Assembly: GCF_006345805.1 (NCBI RefSeq)
Contig: NC_043000.1
Location: 144,646,001-144,710,000 of the forward strand
Direction: 5' to 3'
Origin: Octopus sinensis
Lineage: Eukaryota
DNA length: 64,000 nt
In this document: positions 33,290-48,380 of the stretch, one piece after another
How the letters are laid out: each line of letters opens with the position of its first letter
Position numbering within the stretch: the stretch's first letter is position 1
Translations under genes and position numbers: made by a program
The notes under the pieces: generated by a model
Seen by the model: the letters and a program-made list of their open reading frames with translations, nothing else
Databases searched by the model: none
Told to the model about the DNA's origin: nothing

Positions 33290-33490
33290 ATAGTTAATAC
33301 AAACATGAAAACACAAAGAGAAAACACAACAACGCGAGGATGTGGAACAAGTATTGGACGCTCAGGAAAGAAGGAAGGTTTTAACGTTTTGAGCGGAGCT
33401 TTTCTTCAGGGACATAGGAAAAGGAAAGATCCAAAGAAGGGAAGACGGAGGAAAAAAATCGCCAACGGTACACACGCGGTCACGTTTTGA
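33290..33490 (-). mobile_element. Short PLE-type element (family A), hammerhead decayed (~33379-33413)
   Basis: Homologous to 1310-1515. Reads CUGAAGA-A-AAGCUCCGCUC-AAAACGUU (G12>A). Confidence 0.7.
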
Positions 33491-35349
33491 ATATATATAT
33501 ATATGTTAATCATTGGCGATAGAAGAATTATTAACATGAAAATAAAATCGTAACGTCAAATTTGACGTGGTTGTTTTGTTTGAATGTATACGCATTGAGA
33601 GACCCATTACCTAGACGCATGTTGCACAAACGCGCACGGTAACGCACAAATTCACACCAACACACGCACACAGACACACTGCTACCAGAAGGGAATCGTC
33701 ATCCATTCGCTTCAGAACTGCCAAATCAAGTAATGTGGTGGTAGTGATTCTCCTCAAAGACGCGTGCCCGCTCGCCGCATACAAGCCAAAACTCACTGCT
33801 AAGCTTTCATAAACCCCCGCTCGTAGGTTAATGTTATCTAGAAGTAGATCAGTAAAATTTGGGCTCCATTTGCTATTATTTGCATAAATACCACCAATAA
33901 CTTCCCTTGCCTCACTAGCCTTCTGAATGTAGTTGAACGCCATGGCAAATCTGGCCTTTTTCAGAATCAATACATTACATATTCATTGATTACTACCCTT
34001 AACCAAAGGGGAGATTTTCCAACATTGGTGTATATCTACCGGAATTCGGACAGATTTGCCAGTATACATTCATATATTTTAGCATCCAAAATGAATCTCG
34101 TCAGGTTGCTATTAATTTGATCTCGGGGATATTTCCATCTCTGTGCCAGAGACCTTTATTCTCGTTTCTCTGACTTTCCTAGCGCAGGTCCAATGATTAT
34201 TATTTGCTTTAAGCTGTTTCATCGTGTGCTACATGGGGTTCAATAACTACTGGTCCATTCGTAGCATTTCGTTTCATTTATTACTTCTCAAATAACTACT
34301 ATTCACAGTCCATTTTCCGAAAGCGTTAACCAAATACCATTCCATCCCTGCGCGAGTTTATTTTTTTTCTTTCTATGGAATGGATGATTAGCAACTCTTC
34401 AAAACCACATGAAGGCAGCAATAAAACATACACCCATTTCTTAATAAATACGGTAATACAATATAAATAAACTATAAATGGATATGAAACATTCCGTGCA
34501 TTTTCGGTCTAAGATTCTGTATATATATGCATTTTACCTTCTTCATATTATTCATATGGTGACTAATGATATGTGGAAACTTGGAAAGAGTATTAGAAGC
34601 AACATAATAAAAAGGAAAACAATTATAAACTCCACGACTGGAAATGATTTACATTCGGCTGATGTGCAGTTGTCAGGCGATGAATGATATTTGCAACACG
34701 TTGGGAATTTCTTCTGCTCACACTTCTCTCAAGCAGCCACAATATAATATAGAAAGCAAATTTATATCGTACATCGCCTCACCCAGTAGTTATACTTCGT
34801 GCAAATTCAAATATGAGCATGTCATAAAACACTATCTTTCAATTAAGATGGCCGTGAAAGTAGCATTCTCGTAGGCAGAACAGCACTTCTAAATTGGTGC
34901 CAACCCGCAAAATTGCGTAGGTTTTTCTAAGCTGGCCCTGAAAAGAGGAATCTGCTTGCATTTACACAATAAGATAAGCAACAATACATATAGTTATAAT
35001 GGAGAGGAAAATATTTGCCGATAGTGAAATGGCATGGCCATAATTCACAAGTATACTAAAAATTTTCACTTTCAGTGAGTAAACTATATAGAAATATTAG
35101 TATACATATTTCAAAAGAGAACATCAGCCATGGAAAAATTCAGCATTCATGGAAGGACAGCAAAGTATATCACATCACTCCAATTGATTAATAATGCATG
35201 TTTCAAATACTCAGATATTATTTGTTAATTATTATCATTATTATGTGCGTGAGTGTGTGTTAGCAATCCTTTATACCTAATCATTTTAAAAGTAATAAAC
35301 ACATTAGTTCAGACCCGTCTGCTATATACCTATAATATTTACTTTTTCT

Positions 35350-35540
35350 AAGACGGCGAGCTGGTAGAATCGTTAGCACACCGGCTCGCTACGTTCTGTA
35401 TTCAAATTCCACCGAGGCCAACTTGGCCTTTCATCTTTCGGGGTCGATAAATTAAGTACCATTTGCGGACTGGAGTCGATTTAATCGACTGGCCTCCACC
35501 CCAAAATTTCGGGCTTTGTGCCCAGGATAGAAAATTATAT
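35350..35540 (+). mobile_element. tRNA-derived SINE with internal deletion
   Basis: AAGACGGCGAGCTGGTAGAATCGTTAGCACACCGG head, TATTCAAATTCC B-box, and family body. Confidence 0.8.
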
Positions 35541-35743
35541 TTGCTTTTTCTTGATTATGTCAATGCGTAGCAAAGATTAAACATATACATATATGGAATA
35601 GTAACACTTTACACAGATACGCACATATGTGTATGTATTTATGTATGTATATATGCATATATGCATGTATATATACTTCTAAGCATGTATGAAATGTATA
35701 TATGCATGTATATACATATGTGCAAAGATAAATACATACATAC

Positions 35744-35815
<72 letters not shown>

Positions 35816-36646
35816 TATTATATCGTATCGTATCATATCATATCATATCGTTTATAATCATATCTTATCATATCATATCATATTTCGTCCATCCTTGTCA
35901 TCGTGTCAGAAAGCACTGGCGTTATTTATTTCACCTCTACTTTCGCTTTATCCATAAAGTAATTAACCAATTAACTTAATGACTGGTTACTCGTTTTCCG
36001 GTCAATGAGTCACTTCTTTTCAATACTTTATAAATAAGCTGTCGTTGTCGTTTCAGGTCTGTAATGATCAATCCAGAGAGGGATATAGTGTGATTTGTTG
36101 TTGCCCGTGCAGTTTAGGCACGTATGTGTATGAACTCTTCAGGTGGATTTTTTTACTTTACTTTTTTTATCAATACTTTTGTGTGTTGATTATATGCATG
36201 ATCTTAAGTATTTATGTGTGTGTGTGTGTGTGTAAAACATCTTATAAAATATAGTTACATTATATACAAAATATATCTGCGAATTTTCCATTGAATATAT
36301 CTGCAAATTTCCTACATTCGAAAGACGTGTTTAAATTTTAACTTCAAACAATGATACAAATAAATTTGCTACACACCCACCAACTCGCCATTTTCTTACC
36401 ATATTAGTAATACATATTAAAATAATCCCAAAGATATCGTGGAGAATTTCTTCTATGATGGAGATTAAGCTAGTGAATTTTGGAATTTATTAATCCTTCA
36501 AATGAGGATATGACATCCTTCAAATGACTATAAATATATATATCTATAGATCTTTCTCTATCTCTCTCTCTCTTTCTCTCTCTCTCTCTGTATATATATA
36601 TATATGAATGTATGTATGTAAGCACATGTATGTATTGCATGCATGC

Positions 36647-36689
<43 letters not shown>

Positions 36690-37057
36690 CATACACACAC
36701 ATATTTTATTTATCTTCAAGAAATTTTATTGGAATGTATCAGGGCTAGTACTTCTTTTAAAGCTTTGTTCTTGTGGTAACGGTCTCTTCTGCCGATCCCC
36801 TAAGTTTCCAGGACGTAATCACACCAGCAGTGATTGTGAATCAGTGGATGACACCCACACACACAGACAGAGACGCACATATATGTATATATACATGTAT
36901 ACGACGAGCATCTTTCAATTTCTCTGTGCTAAATGCACCCATGATCATTTGGTCGGCCCAATGTAATTTTAGTAGACACTCATGGAAGATCCTACGCAGT
37001 GGTACTGAACCCCAAATCATGTGGTTTGAAACCACGCTTCTTACCAAACAGCCTCGC

Positions 37058-37324
37058 CAGGAAACACGCAGGAAATTGCAACTTTCAATCCTGCACAACA
37101 TTACAAGCATAGTCACGTGCAATCGAAGGAGAGGGGCTTTCTCAGTCCGGGTTGCGGATCCGTGGAATAATCTGCCAAACGAGATGGTGAAGATGCCGAC
37201 AACCGCTCGGTTCAAACTCTCCCTTGACCTCAAGTGACCTGAACTCTTTACATGAACACCACCCTGTACATAACTCCATGTCCCCCTACATGGCCTTGTT
37301 TTTTGCTTTTTGAGCCAAAAAAAT

Positions 37325-37356
<32 letters not shown>
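37058..37356 (+). mobile_element. CR1-group LINE 3' terminal fragment with (AACT)n tail
   Basis: RRRGAFSVRVADPWNNLPNEMV...FKLSLD is a typical CR1 ORF2 C-terminus. (AACT)n tail at ~37325-37356. Confidence 0.75.
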
Positions 37357-38324
37357 ATATGTACACACTGTAAAGCGCGTATACAAATGCACATATACAG
37401 ACGCGTGTGCCCATAATTTTCGACCAATGATGCATAAACCAAGTCACATATCAATCCCTGAAACTAAAAAGAAGTACACGTAGACCGACACACATAAATA
37501 CATTCTAGTTACACTAAGTACCACAAGAAAACACAATATATCGATGCTATCATGACAAACTGAAAGAAATAACGACACAGCATTGGTGTGCTTGCAATTG
37601 GTGACGAAATGACACGGACACATCAAAAAGCTGATTGATCATATGATGTTCAGTCACGCAATCGATTATTTAATTGGTTAAATATTTAACTGTTTTGAAG
37701 CGAAATAGAAACAGTGCTTGTGGTTTTTATTGCCAAACTTTCTCAAGGATCAATCAACAGGCACCCACGCATATGTACTCATACACACACGCGCGCAACA
37801 ACCGAAAAGTTGCTCCCAAGCGAATACCGTGATAAAAGCCATTACGCAACATGGGGAAATGGGTTGGTGGTATAAGTACGTAGGCGTGTGTTTGTGTATA
37901 TGACAATACATATACATACACACGTATACATCTACGTACTCTCACATGTACACATAGATACATACACATATATATATATTTATATTCATAAATATGTGTG
38001 TGTGCATGTGTGTTCGTGTTAATTTCAGTTTATTACATGAAGCAAATGTAAGCGCACTTACTGAACATCTGCTGATGGGAAGACACGACAATGGTTACTG
38101 ATTAAATCGGTCGCAAGCTTCGTCTTGACTGCTATGCTTTCGATGGTAAAGAGGGAAGAAGGAAAGAATAATTGCATCCAGCGATCATAAATATAAACAT
38201 GACGCTGACTTTCAGCCTTTGTTCTCGGTCAAATATGTTTCAATTCACTACTAGGGTCGACGTACTCAACCAGCTCACTTCTCCCAACCTTCAGTTCTTC
38301 ACCCTATTGCAGTATCGTAGGCAC

Positions 38325-38520
38325 GCTGGGCAGAATGCTTAGTGGCATGTCGTCCATCATAACCACTTCCGTCATAACCAGTTGAAATTCCACTGCAATC
38401 GATTCGGCCTTTCATATTTCCGGGCAATAAATGATGTACCAATCATGCACAAGGATAGTTGTAATCAACTTACACCTCCACCGAAATTGCTGGCCTTGTG
38501 TCAAACTTTGAAACTATTAA
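38325..38520 (+). mobile_element. Degenerate tRNA-derived SINE
   Basis: GCACGCTGGGCAGAATGCTTAGTGG...GGCCTTTCAT...TGCTGGCCTTGTGTCAAACTTTGAAAC aligns with the family. Confidence 0.55.
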
Positions 38521-38989
38521 TATTATTCATATTGTTATCATTTTCATTAGCATCTGCTTTCAATTCTCTTTCCATTTCATGACAAGTGTTTTTCTGACAT
38601 CTTGTGCAGAGAAAAGTACTGTATACATTGGTCGGCCATTAAAACAAACTCACCAGAATGTTCAATTACACAGTAATATGATAGAGAAAAAGGGTAAGAA
38701 AAAATTACAGCAACAATGATCTTATCAATACGTGTGACGTACCACTTGAGACAATTTTGAACATACTTAAATTATTTTCAGTTACATTTCTGATCCTTCC
38801 AAGTGCTCTTAGAATCACTGATATTGTAGCTGTTTTGAGATGCTGCATCTTTACGATTTCAATCAGCAGATATTTATATTTTCTTAACTAAAATTCTTTT
38901 GCCGAGCTATTATGATCACACGGTATTCTCAAGTCAATCAATATTCAGACTTTTTTGCATTTGTCATTCACAAATAATGCTGGAGGTGT

Positions 38990-39690
38990 ACTACAGCATA
39001 CGCTGTTCCCTAACCGTGAACTAAGGTAACATCCCTCTATGTTTCGTACACCATCGAATGGTTCCAAGCAGTGCAGCTTTCTGCAAGTGCTCCACGCTTA
39101 TTGCAGCCCCAAATTGTTCCGCCTACTTCGCAAGATGTATTACTCACTGTTACCAGGGCTCCAACAATTATTGGCACTACTACTACTACTACCTTTTTCA
39201 CCGACCACAACTGCTTAACCTCCCAAGCTAACCTGTCATATCCCTCGACATTTCTTTCTTCCCTATTTTTCCTGCACCATCGAGCGGCTCCTAGCAGTGC
39301 GGTTTTCTGCAAGTACAACATACTTACTGCAGCCCCTATTGCATGCCTTCTTGTCAGCTGGGCATACTATATCTATGATGAAACATAGCTTTCTTTCTTT
39401 CTCAATTAAGACTATGTCTGGTTCCCTGTTCCCTATGTCATGGTCGCACTGAATCATAAAATCCCATAGGTTCTCTGCATTATCATTTTCGATGATGCTT
39501 TCGGGTTTATGTTTGTACCACATATTTTCTCTGTCAAATCCATACACATTGCAAAGTGTCCACTGGTCAATCATAGGTAATGTGTCATACCGTCTCATAT
39601 TCTTTCTGGGTTAGTGGCGTATATTGACTTGGCTAGTGGCGTATAATGATTTATGGTCAAATCAGCCTACTAAATAATCAAGGTCATTTG
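38990..39690 (-). mobile_element. Restriction-like endonuclease (RLE) domain remnant of an R4/Dong-type LINE
   Basis: LWDFMIQCDHDIGNREPDIVLIEKERKLCFIIDIVCPAD (PD..D motif), LAWEVKQLW...VPIIVGAL and LQKxALLG. Confidence 0.75.
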
Positions 39691-40313
39691 TGATTGAACC
39701 AGTTTACAAGCTTTATCTCTACTACTAAAGCAGAGGGAAGTATTAGGGAAGCGAAAGGTGGGGAGGAGAGGATAAAGGAAAAAAAGAAGAAAGCCAACCC
39801 ATCCGTTACTAATTACCATAATACTAAGAGAGAAAACTTTGAAGGATTATGGAATAAAGGTTCTAAAGACAGATCCCTAAACCATAACTTTGGGGATCAC
39901 TGAACAGGAATAAAATGCTAACTATATAATATCAGAGTTATAATATTATAATGATGAGAAATATTGAATATTAGATTTAAGGTAAATAATTAAAAGGTAC
40001 TGAAAATTATAAAAAATAAGTGTATTAAGACACAATTTTTAAAATTCGAAATTAAAAATAATATAAATTACAATAAATATTAATATATATAAAAATATGA
40101 AGATATATAAAATTTATAAATGTGACATCAATAAAAATAAGAACAAAATTATTTGATCATACGAAGCAATTACTGGTGGGTAACGATAAAAATATTAAAT
40201 GTTAAATATAAGGTAAATAATTAAAAGGTACTTAAAATTATGAAAATAATTCAGATGTAAATATTTAAAAAATGAAAATTATAAAGAAATATGAGTTATA
40301 CAAAAAATTATTA

Positions 40314-40386
<73 letters not shown>

Positions 40387-40919
40387 AAACATGACGATTT
40401 ATAAAAAAAAAAGATATCGATGAAATAAAAATGAAAGTTTTTAGATTATACGCAATGATTACGGGAAGGTAAAGATGTTATGTGGAAAAATATTGTTAAG
40501 AATGCTGACAATAAATATTACAAAATTATAATCGGATGTTGTACAAAGTGTCTTCAAAAATATCATGTAAGAGGCTGGAACGATATAATCTATATCTCAC
40601 AGGACAGATATATATTAACTATGCGGTAAACAATTACAACTTCCTTAAGATCATATAAAGAAAATATTAAGATATACATCATTAAGAAATTAAGAATTAT
40701 TAAACATTAGAAATATAAAGCTTAGGGACATATAATTAAGGGAGGGTAAAGCAGTTATGTGAAAAAAATGTGATGTTATTAATAATAGCAGAAATAATAA
40801 AAAATAGTAAATAATAAACATAAGTTGTGCAAGAAATATAAAGTTCTAAATAATCCTTTCTACTATAGGAACAAGTCCTGAAATTTATTTAGGGTGGGTG
40901 TGTGTGTGTGTGTTGTGAC

Positions 40920-41090
40920 GGGAGGGTGCTAGTCGAGTACATCGACTCCAGTGTGTATCTCGTAATTATTCCATCGACCCCGAAAGGATGAAAGGCAATG
41001 TCGACTCCGGCAACATTTGAACTGAGAACGTCAGGATAGACGAAATGTCGCTACGTATTTCGATTGGCCTGTTAAGGACTCTGCCAGCTA
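40920..41090 (-). mobile_element. tRNA-derived SINE
   Basis: ATCGACCCCGAAAGGATGAAAGGCAATGTCGAC...TTTGAACTGAGAACGT family signature. Confidence 0.75.
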
Positions 41091-42119
41091 TTATAAAGCT
41101 ATTAATAATAATAATAATAAATAATAAACATATGTTATAGCAACCATATACAAGATACCAATCTTGGAAAGTGGTAGACACATTCTATATTCTTCCATTC
41201 AATGGATAAAAGTACTAGGTGAGTTAAGTTTAATTAAATAAATTATTGTCTCATAACTCAAACCTAAGAATAATTAATTTTGTATTACATGTTACAAATC
41301 GTCAGATCTCGTGAGAGGACAATATATAAGACTTCTTACACAACACTTAAAGTGACTATATAAATAATATCAGGAGTAAAAATGCTATTAAATTAATGCT
41401 GTGGCAATGAAAGTTATAATGTAATATTCCGGATGGCTACAATGATTCGTAGAAAACAAAGTCAAAGAGAGGAATAACTAGATCTATACCTATCAGTTGT
41501 AGACTACTTAGTTATAGTTGGCATTTAATAGGAAATTAAGGTAGGATAAAACTGATACAATCAGTAAACTTAGGGTATGATAGGGCTCTACTAGGAAGAA
41601 AATGGTTGTAAATAAAATTATAGTAAATGAAAATGAGATTGCTGTATAAAGGTGTAATATGACTAGTCGTTTTAGATTATTTGCTGTATAATTTTCAGGT
41701 TCGGGTCATAACAACATAGACGATGTAAAGGTATGATTAAACGAAATGGAGAATAATCTGCTAGACAGAGAGGTTTATAGAGGCTAACGTCTCATGAGAT
41801 CATAGTACTTATGAGGTATTACTATTAAACAGAATAATATGTAAAGAATAGGGTACTGAGGGTAATGATGCCACCAACGGGACAGTATGGTGTAATATAA
41901 TATGTAACTCTTCTAAAGTATCTACAATATCCAATTTATTATTAAGTTGTCTTTATTTTTATATTTGAATATTTGATACATCTTCATACAGCATAATCTG
42001 CATCCATATCAGTAATTGATGTATGATTGAGCGCTACGCATTAAATCCTACTTTATGATGAATTTGATATTATTATCCTTGAGTTCCCAGATTTTCGTAG
42101 AGAAAGATGTGTTACTGTC

Positions 42120-42360
42120 ATTATGTCTAAATCTAAATGAACATCATCATCACCTCCATCTCCACCACATATATCTCCACCAACACCAACACCACTACCA
42201 CGACCATCATCATCATCATCTCTCTCCGTTTCTCTTGTGGTGCTGGTGGTGGTAGTGGTTGTGGTAGTGATAGTAGTGGTGTTGTTGTGGAGGTGGTGGT
42301 TTTGGTGGTGGTGGCTTTGGTGGTGGTGGTGGTGGTGGTGGTGGTGGTGGTGATTGGATG
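42120..42360. repeat. Compound (CAT/CAC)n-(GGT/GTG)n low-complexity tract
   Basis: Directly visible. Explains the poly-H/T/V ORFs. Confidence 0.85.
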
Positions 42361-43978
42361 TATTTTGCTTTGATCGCGACCGATAGTCCTTAAGCATGCA
42401 AGTACATTATTATGAACATACCGAAATATAAGATGTACTTAGTTATATAATATTGTTGACAATATGTACCTCTTGGTAGGTCTCGAGTTGTATTCTGAAC
42501 GTAAACACGATTACATCTTACATATATAGTATAATGACTTGCATATCTTTAATTAAACGTCAATTTCATTCAAATTAATTGAAGTGTTAATTCACTTAAT
42601 ATTTCACTAATAATAAACGAGGTGTTAGTTTAGCGCGTAATATTTCATACGTGAGACCTACCAGAATATTTCCTTAGTGTCGCATGACATATTCCACCAC
42701 AGCTTTATTTTTGATAATCATGAATAGCATTGCCACATACATTTTATATAAAAATACTGAGCCTTAACCACTGAATTTTCATTTAGTAGTTTTACATTAG
42801 GCCGAAATATATGTGCTGCTTTCCCCTGTGCGCATATTGACTTGGTACTCTCCTACGTTACATATACTTTTTCTGAAAACGTTTTTGGGTGATATTGTTT
42901 GGGGTTTACTCGTTGTCATATAAGAAGATCAACTTTAAATACGAAGTGAAAATCTTTTTTCACGAATTGCATGAAAAATGTTGGTATTTAGATATATTTT
43001 GCTTGAAAATCTTGCATATGTGTTATACCGTATTTACAACAGAAACTACTTATACTGAATCAGTCCTAATTATATTCTACCACATTGGACATTGATACAA
43101 ATATTTTATGTTATGCATTCCATTTATGATGCATATCCTTCATTATAATCTATAGAAAAAACGCCAGAAAAAGATCTCTACTCAGAACGAAGTGGATGAA
43201 GTTGAATAATGCAAAGCTTGTGATATCGCAAACAACCATTTCTCTGTTTCCAGTATTTTTCGTGTGATGAGTTGTTAATTTGAAGTGGCAACCATATATA
43301 TATATATGAATATACTATGGCAAAGTACATGTTCAATTATTTTTACGTGAACACTGTAGCAAATTCACTAATACTCAATAGTTTAAGGGTACTTATTTTA
43401 TTGATATCAGATTAAGAAGCCCCACATTTGAGCGTGCCTCTATTTCAAATTAGATCATTGAGGCATCGATGTATTAAATTACAAGGAGGCATTCCATTCA
43501 TCATTCTATATTATGCATACAATTCGACGCTCTACAAAATTCCAATTAATATATTATCAATAAATGCTGGATTGCCACACGAGCTCAGGTGCATGTGATG
43601 GGAACATAAAATAGAGACTGTATTGCAAAAATGCTCCAAAGCATTTAGTATTCCGAACGATTGTATGCGATATCTGCATAATAGTACTTCAAATATCTTT
43701 AAAAAAAACCCCAAAAAACAAAATATGTATGCGTGTATTTATGCATTCATATATTTATGTACATACACACACATGCATATATGTATTTGTATGTGTGTAT
43801 GTATATACATATATAGATATAGATATAGATAGATATATACATACATACAAATGCAAAAACAAAATCACAAAATATGCAGGTGAGTTTCTGTCTCTGTATA
43901 TACGCACATATATCATTCACTACATCATAAAAACGTGTTTGTGTGCATTATATATAATATGTCTGTATATAATATATA

Positions 43979-44016
<38 letters not shown>

Positions 44017-44084
44017 TAATATATATATATATGTAATATATATATATATATGTATATTATATATGTAATATATATATATGTATA

Positions 44085-44128
<44 letters not shown>

Positions 44129-44413
44129 TATATATGTATATATATTGTTATACAAACCTACCCACAAACACAGTCACAGACATTAAAACACATTCACACA
44201 AGCAAATAGTTAAATGTGTAGAAGAAGACACAGTTCTGAATATGTATCAAAACAGAAATAAATGTCGCTGTTTCTTTTTATTTTGATTCTTCACACATAA
44301 ATAATGTTTCCCTGAACGAGCGGAACCGGTTGTTGTACTGATCGTTAACTGACACATATTTCTTGGAATTTTCTATGAGTTGCTTGGGAGGTCAGTTAAA
44401 ACAATTAGTACTT

Positions 44414-45426
44414 ACTATATATACACACACATGCTCATACACTCAACACATTACTTATTCATACTTCCTCACACACACATACAACACTCATTCATAAACA
44501 ATATACATATACCCACTCACACATACATATACATACACATACATACAGAACACGATATATACCAATATATAAATACCCACACCCATACAGATAAATAAAT
44601 TACGCAAACAATCACACACACAAACACATTCACACATACATAAACACTCAAAAGAAAACCGAACAATTCTTTGCACGTGGATAACAAACGTTTTAAAAAA
44701 ATTATGAATGGAAATGAAATCCATACATACAAGTATAAATATAACTATAGAACGCCTAACACAATACACACAAATACACACACATATATACACACAAATA
44801 CACACACATATATACACACACCCACAACATAAACCATATACACACTCACACATACATTACATACGTACAAATCTCGATACAAACAAACTTTAATAAAACG
44901 ACCATGATAACGAAAACTCATATATATATTAATATATATTAAAAGAGTGTGTACACGCAGACGGGTGCAATCACACGCACATTCAAACTTACATGTATAC
45001 AAGTGCATAAATAATCACACCCAATACATAGCACTCATACACTCCCACATCTACACTTACACTTGTACACTCGCACACATACATACCCCCCATACCTACA
45101 TACAAAATTCTTATTAAAATAATCATGATAAATAAAATCCATACCTACACAAGTATAAATATAAAGATACAACCCCTTACACAATACACACAAATACACA
45201 CACATATATACACACACCCACAAACATAACCATATACACACTCACACATACAAATACATACGTACAAAACTCGATACAAGCAAATACGCACACGCACACA
45301 CATTCACACATACATAACATACAAAAGAAAAAACAACATTTCACACATAATACGATATATAAAATACTCCATAAGTATCAGATTATCATAAGTAACAAGA
45401 TTAACATAAGGAGAAAATAGACATAC
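44414..45426. repeat. Left arm of ~1-kb inverted repeat
   Basis: Colinear reverse complement of 48381-49357, differing mainly by small indels. Has internal sub-duplications. Confidence 0.85.
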
Positions 45427-45851
45427 ACTACCGCATGTATACTTACACTTGTACACACGCACACCTACATACACACCCATACCTACATACAAAATTCTTA
45501 TTAAACTAATCATGATAATGAAGTCCATACATACAAATATAAAGATAAAGATAAAATCCCTTTCATAAACAATACACACAAATACACACACATATATACA
45601 CACACCCACAAACATAACCATATACACACTCACACATACATATACATACGTACAAACTCGATATATACACTAATATTCATTCCCACACTCAATAAAATAT
45701 TAAGTAAATACAAAAACAAAGAAATACCAATTAAATACTAACTAAATTAAAGCCTAAACTATAAACTAAAAATATATATATGGTACTCTAAACTAAAAAC
45801 AAATTAACTACTAAAGGAACCTTTAATAGGGGGCCCTATTAATTAAATTAT

Positions 45852-46739
45852 TTATTTATCATGGAACCTATTATATAGGTAAAGTAATCTATGTCTACAT
45901 TTTATTTTGCGCTCTTCACCTATATTAAGTAAATTATCATACTTATAAATAAAATTTCTTTAAACTCATTAGAGCATAAATAACAACAATTCGCTCCTAT
46001 AATATATGATTTAGTTTTACAAATTATTTCCCAATTAAACTATAATTAATATTTTGTGATTTAATTCTCCAACTGTACTTACTAAGTCCAGTGGAGTCGA
46101 TTAAGTTTTTATTTTAAAAAGAATTCATATGTTGTGCGATTCTTAATTTTATTTTAGAGGAAGTAGACCCTATATAAACCGCTTTTGGGTAATTATTCTT
46201 CTTAAAATTATTATCATGTAATGTACATACATTTATACACTACATCTTTAATATCACATTTATTATTTAACTTACATTTAGATTATCTCTACAAGTACAA
46301 TTAATATAGTCTTATCCTTTTATTATTATTATCAAATAATTATTTTATAAAAATTATTCAGTTTAAATTTATTAAATGAAGAAATAATGTGTACCTACAT
46401 TATTAGTGGTGGAATAACCTACTCCAAAATTATCACTAGAGAAAATGTGTTTATATTTACGATTATCTCTAATAAATAGTTCTATAATATCTAAAATCTC
46501 TTTGATAATATTCGTTTTTACTTGATCTCCATAAGGAACTATTACCAAATTTTATTCTATTTACCTTATTATAATTGTCAGTATTATAATTATTAAATTT
46601 AAAATTCTTCATATTATTAAAAATTATTATCAGAATTATATCTATATACAGCATTTAGGAATTATTAAATTATAATTTATCCATATATTATTATTTTTTA
46701 ATTTTTTTTTTTTATTTTTATTTTATTATTTCTTATTTT

Positions 46740-46771
<32 letters not shown>

Positions 46772-47960
46772 ATTATTATTATTATTATATTATTATTATA
46801 TTATTATCATTATTATTATTATTTTTATTTTTATTTATATTTTATTTTTAATTTTATAATTTCTAATATTTAAACCACTAATACCAACAAAATTATAATT
46901 ATTATTATAATTATCTCGAAAATTATTTAGATCTTTTATCATTAATATTATAAAATTTAATATTCCTATTATAACCTGCCCCTCTAAGGGCCTCATTATA
47001 ATAAGTGGAATGTCTATTAAAATTTCTATATCATAAGAGAGTAATGAAATACGTTTACTTATATTATAATCAACGAATTTTTAATAGAATTTGGGTGATT
47101 ACTATTAACATTTATATACCTAAGGTTCTCATTAATTTTATGATATGGTTGTGTTTTACATGTAATTAGATTAAAATTAACATCTAAATAATTACATTAT
47201 AATTTCATTTATATATAGTAATACTTAAACCATATCTTTAAAGAAAACATATATTTTTTCTTATATACTTCTAGATTCCTTTTAGTACAATTCTTTGTAA
47301 TTAGTAGAAGATCATCTCTATATAAACCACCCTCTATCTTAAGATTTTATAATTGGAGTTCAGATAAAAGAAAAATACCTACTAAATCAGTAGCTTGTGC
47401 AGAATCTGGTGCTCCCATAGGTATATCAAAACAATCTCTAGTATCATTCCTAGGCCATAATTTATTTTAAAATTTAATGAGCGATTTCCTAGCCATTTTA
47501 ATTACATTAACTTCTTCACGTGACATTCCCACTTTATTCATTGCGAAAATAAGTGCTTTATTAAACACAATTTCATTAATAGAAGAATAATAATTATCTA
47601 TATCTATTTGAATAAATTTAAAACGATTTTTATCTTTAATATTATTAAACCATTTCAATGTATTGTTATTACTAAACCATAATTTTAAATAATTAAGTTT
47701 ATTTAATTTATTGATATATTTATCTAAAATAAATTTACTTAAGTCAGATTTACATGGGCAAATTATCTAACTTTAGGGTCTGAATAAAAATTATCTTTAT
47801 GTCTTTAAGAGTAATTCTGGGGTTCAAAGGACATAAGGTTCAGTTTTATTATCCAATTCATATTTTAACATTACTAATTCAGAGGCCTTATTAAATTATA
47901 AAGTATATCATCTGGAAAATTTTATATTTTTAATTATTTCTTTCCCTAAAAGTTTTCATA
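45852..47960 (-). pseudogene. Penelope-like element RT + C-terminal GIY-YIG, heavily frameshifted and very AT-rich
   Basis: Minus-strand pieces: ITLKD.KDNF..DPKVR..PCKSDLSK, KWFNNIKDK..FIQIDIDNYYSSI, FDIPMGAPDSAQATDLVG, GGLYRDD (47311-47331), DVVYKC...VYIGST (46163-46247), LSKYSW..WEII, CYLC..E, CRH. Confidence 0.85.
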
Positions 47961-48380
47961 TAAATTAACATCTAATTTATATAAATTCCTTAGATGCGTT
48001 AGTGTATGAGTGCTATGTAATTGAGTTTGATTATTTATGCACTTGTATACATGCAAGTTTTGAATTTCCGTGTGATTGCGCCCGTCTGCGTGTACACACT
48101 CATTTGTTTTATATATATATTAATATCTATATGAGTCTTCGTTTTTTATGGTTTTTTTTAAAGAATTTGTAGAAAGTTTTGTATATTCCATTCATAATTT
48201 TTTAATTTACGTTTGTTTACTACGCGCAAATAATTTGATATTCCATTCATAATTTTAATGACGCTGTTTTACGTAGCGCAAATAATTTTTATATGTTCGG
48301 TTCCATGGTAACGTAATTTTTGTTTATTGTAATAACGGATAGAGTTTAAATTCACTTAAAAATTTGATACTGATTAGAAG

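Noticed and set aside
39900-41900. Very AT-rich stretch with a 24-bp duplication, possibly the RT of the R4-like element
   Set aside because: No RT motif could be read with confidence.
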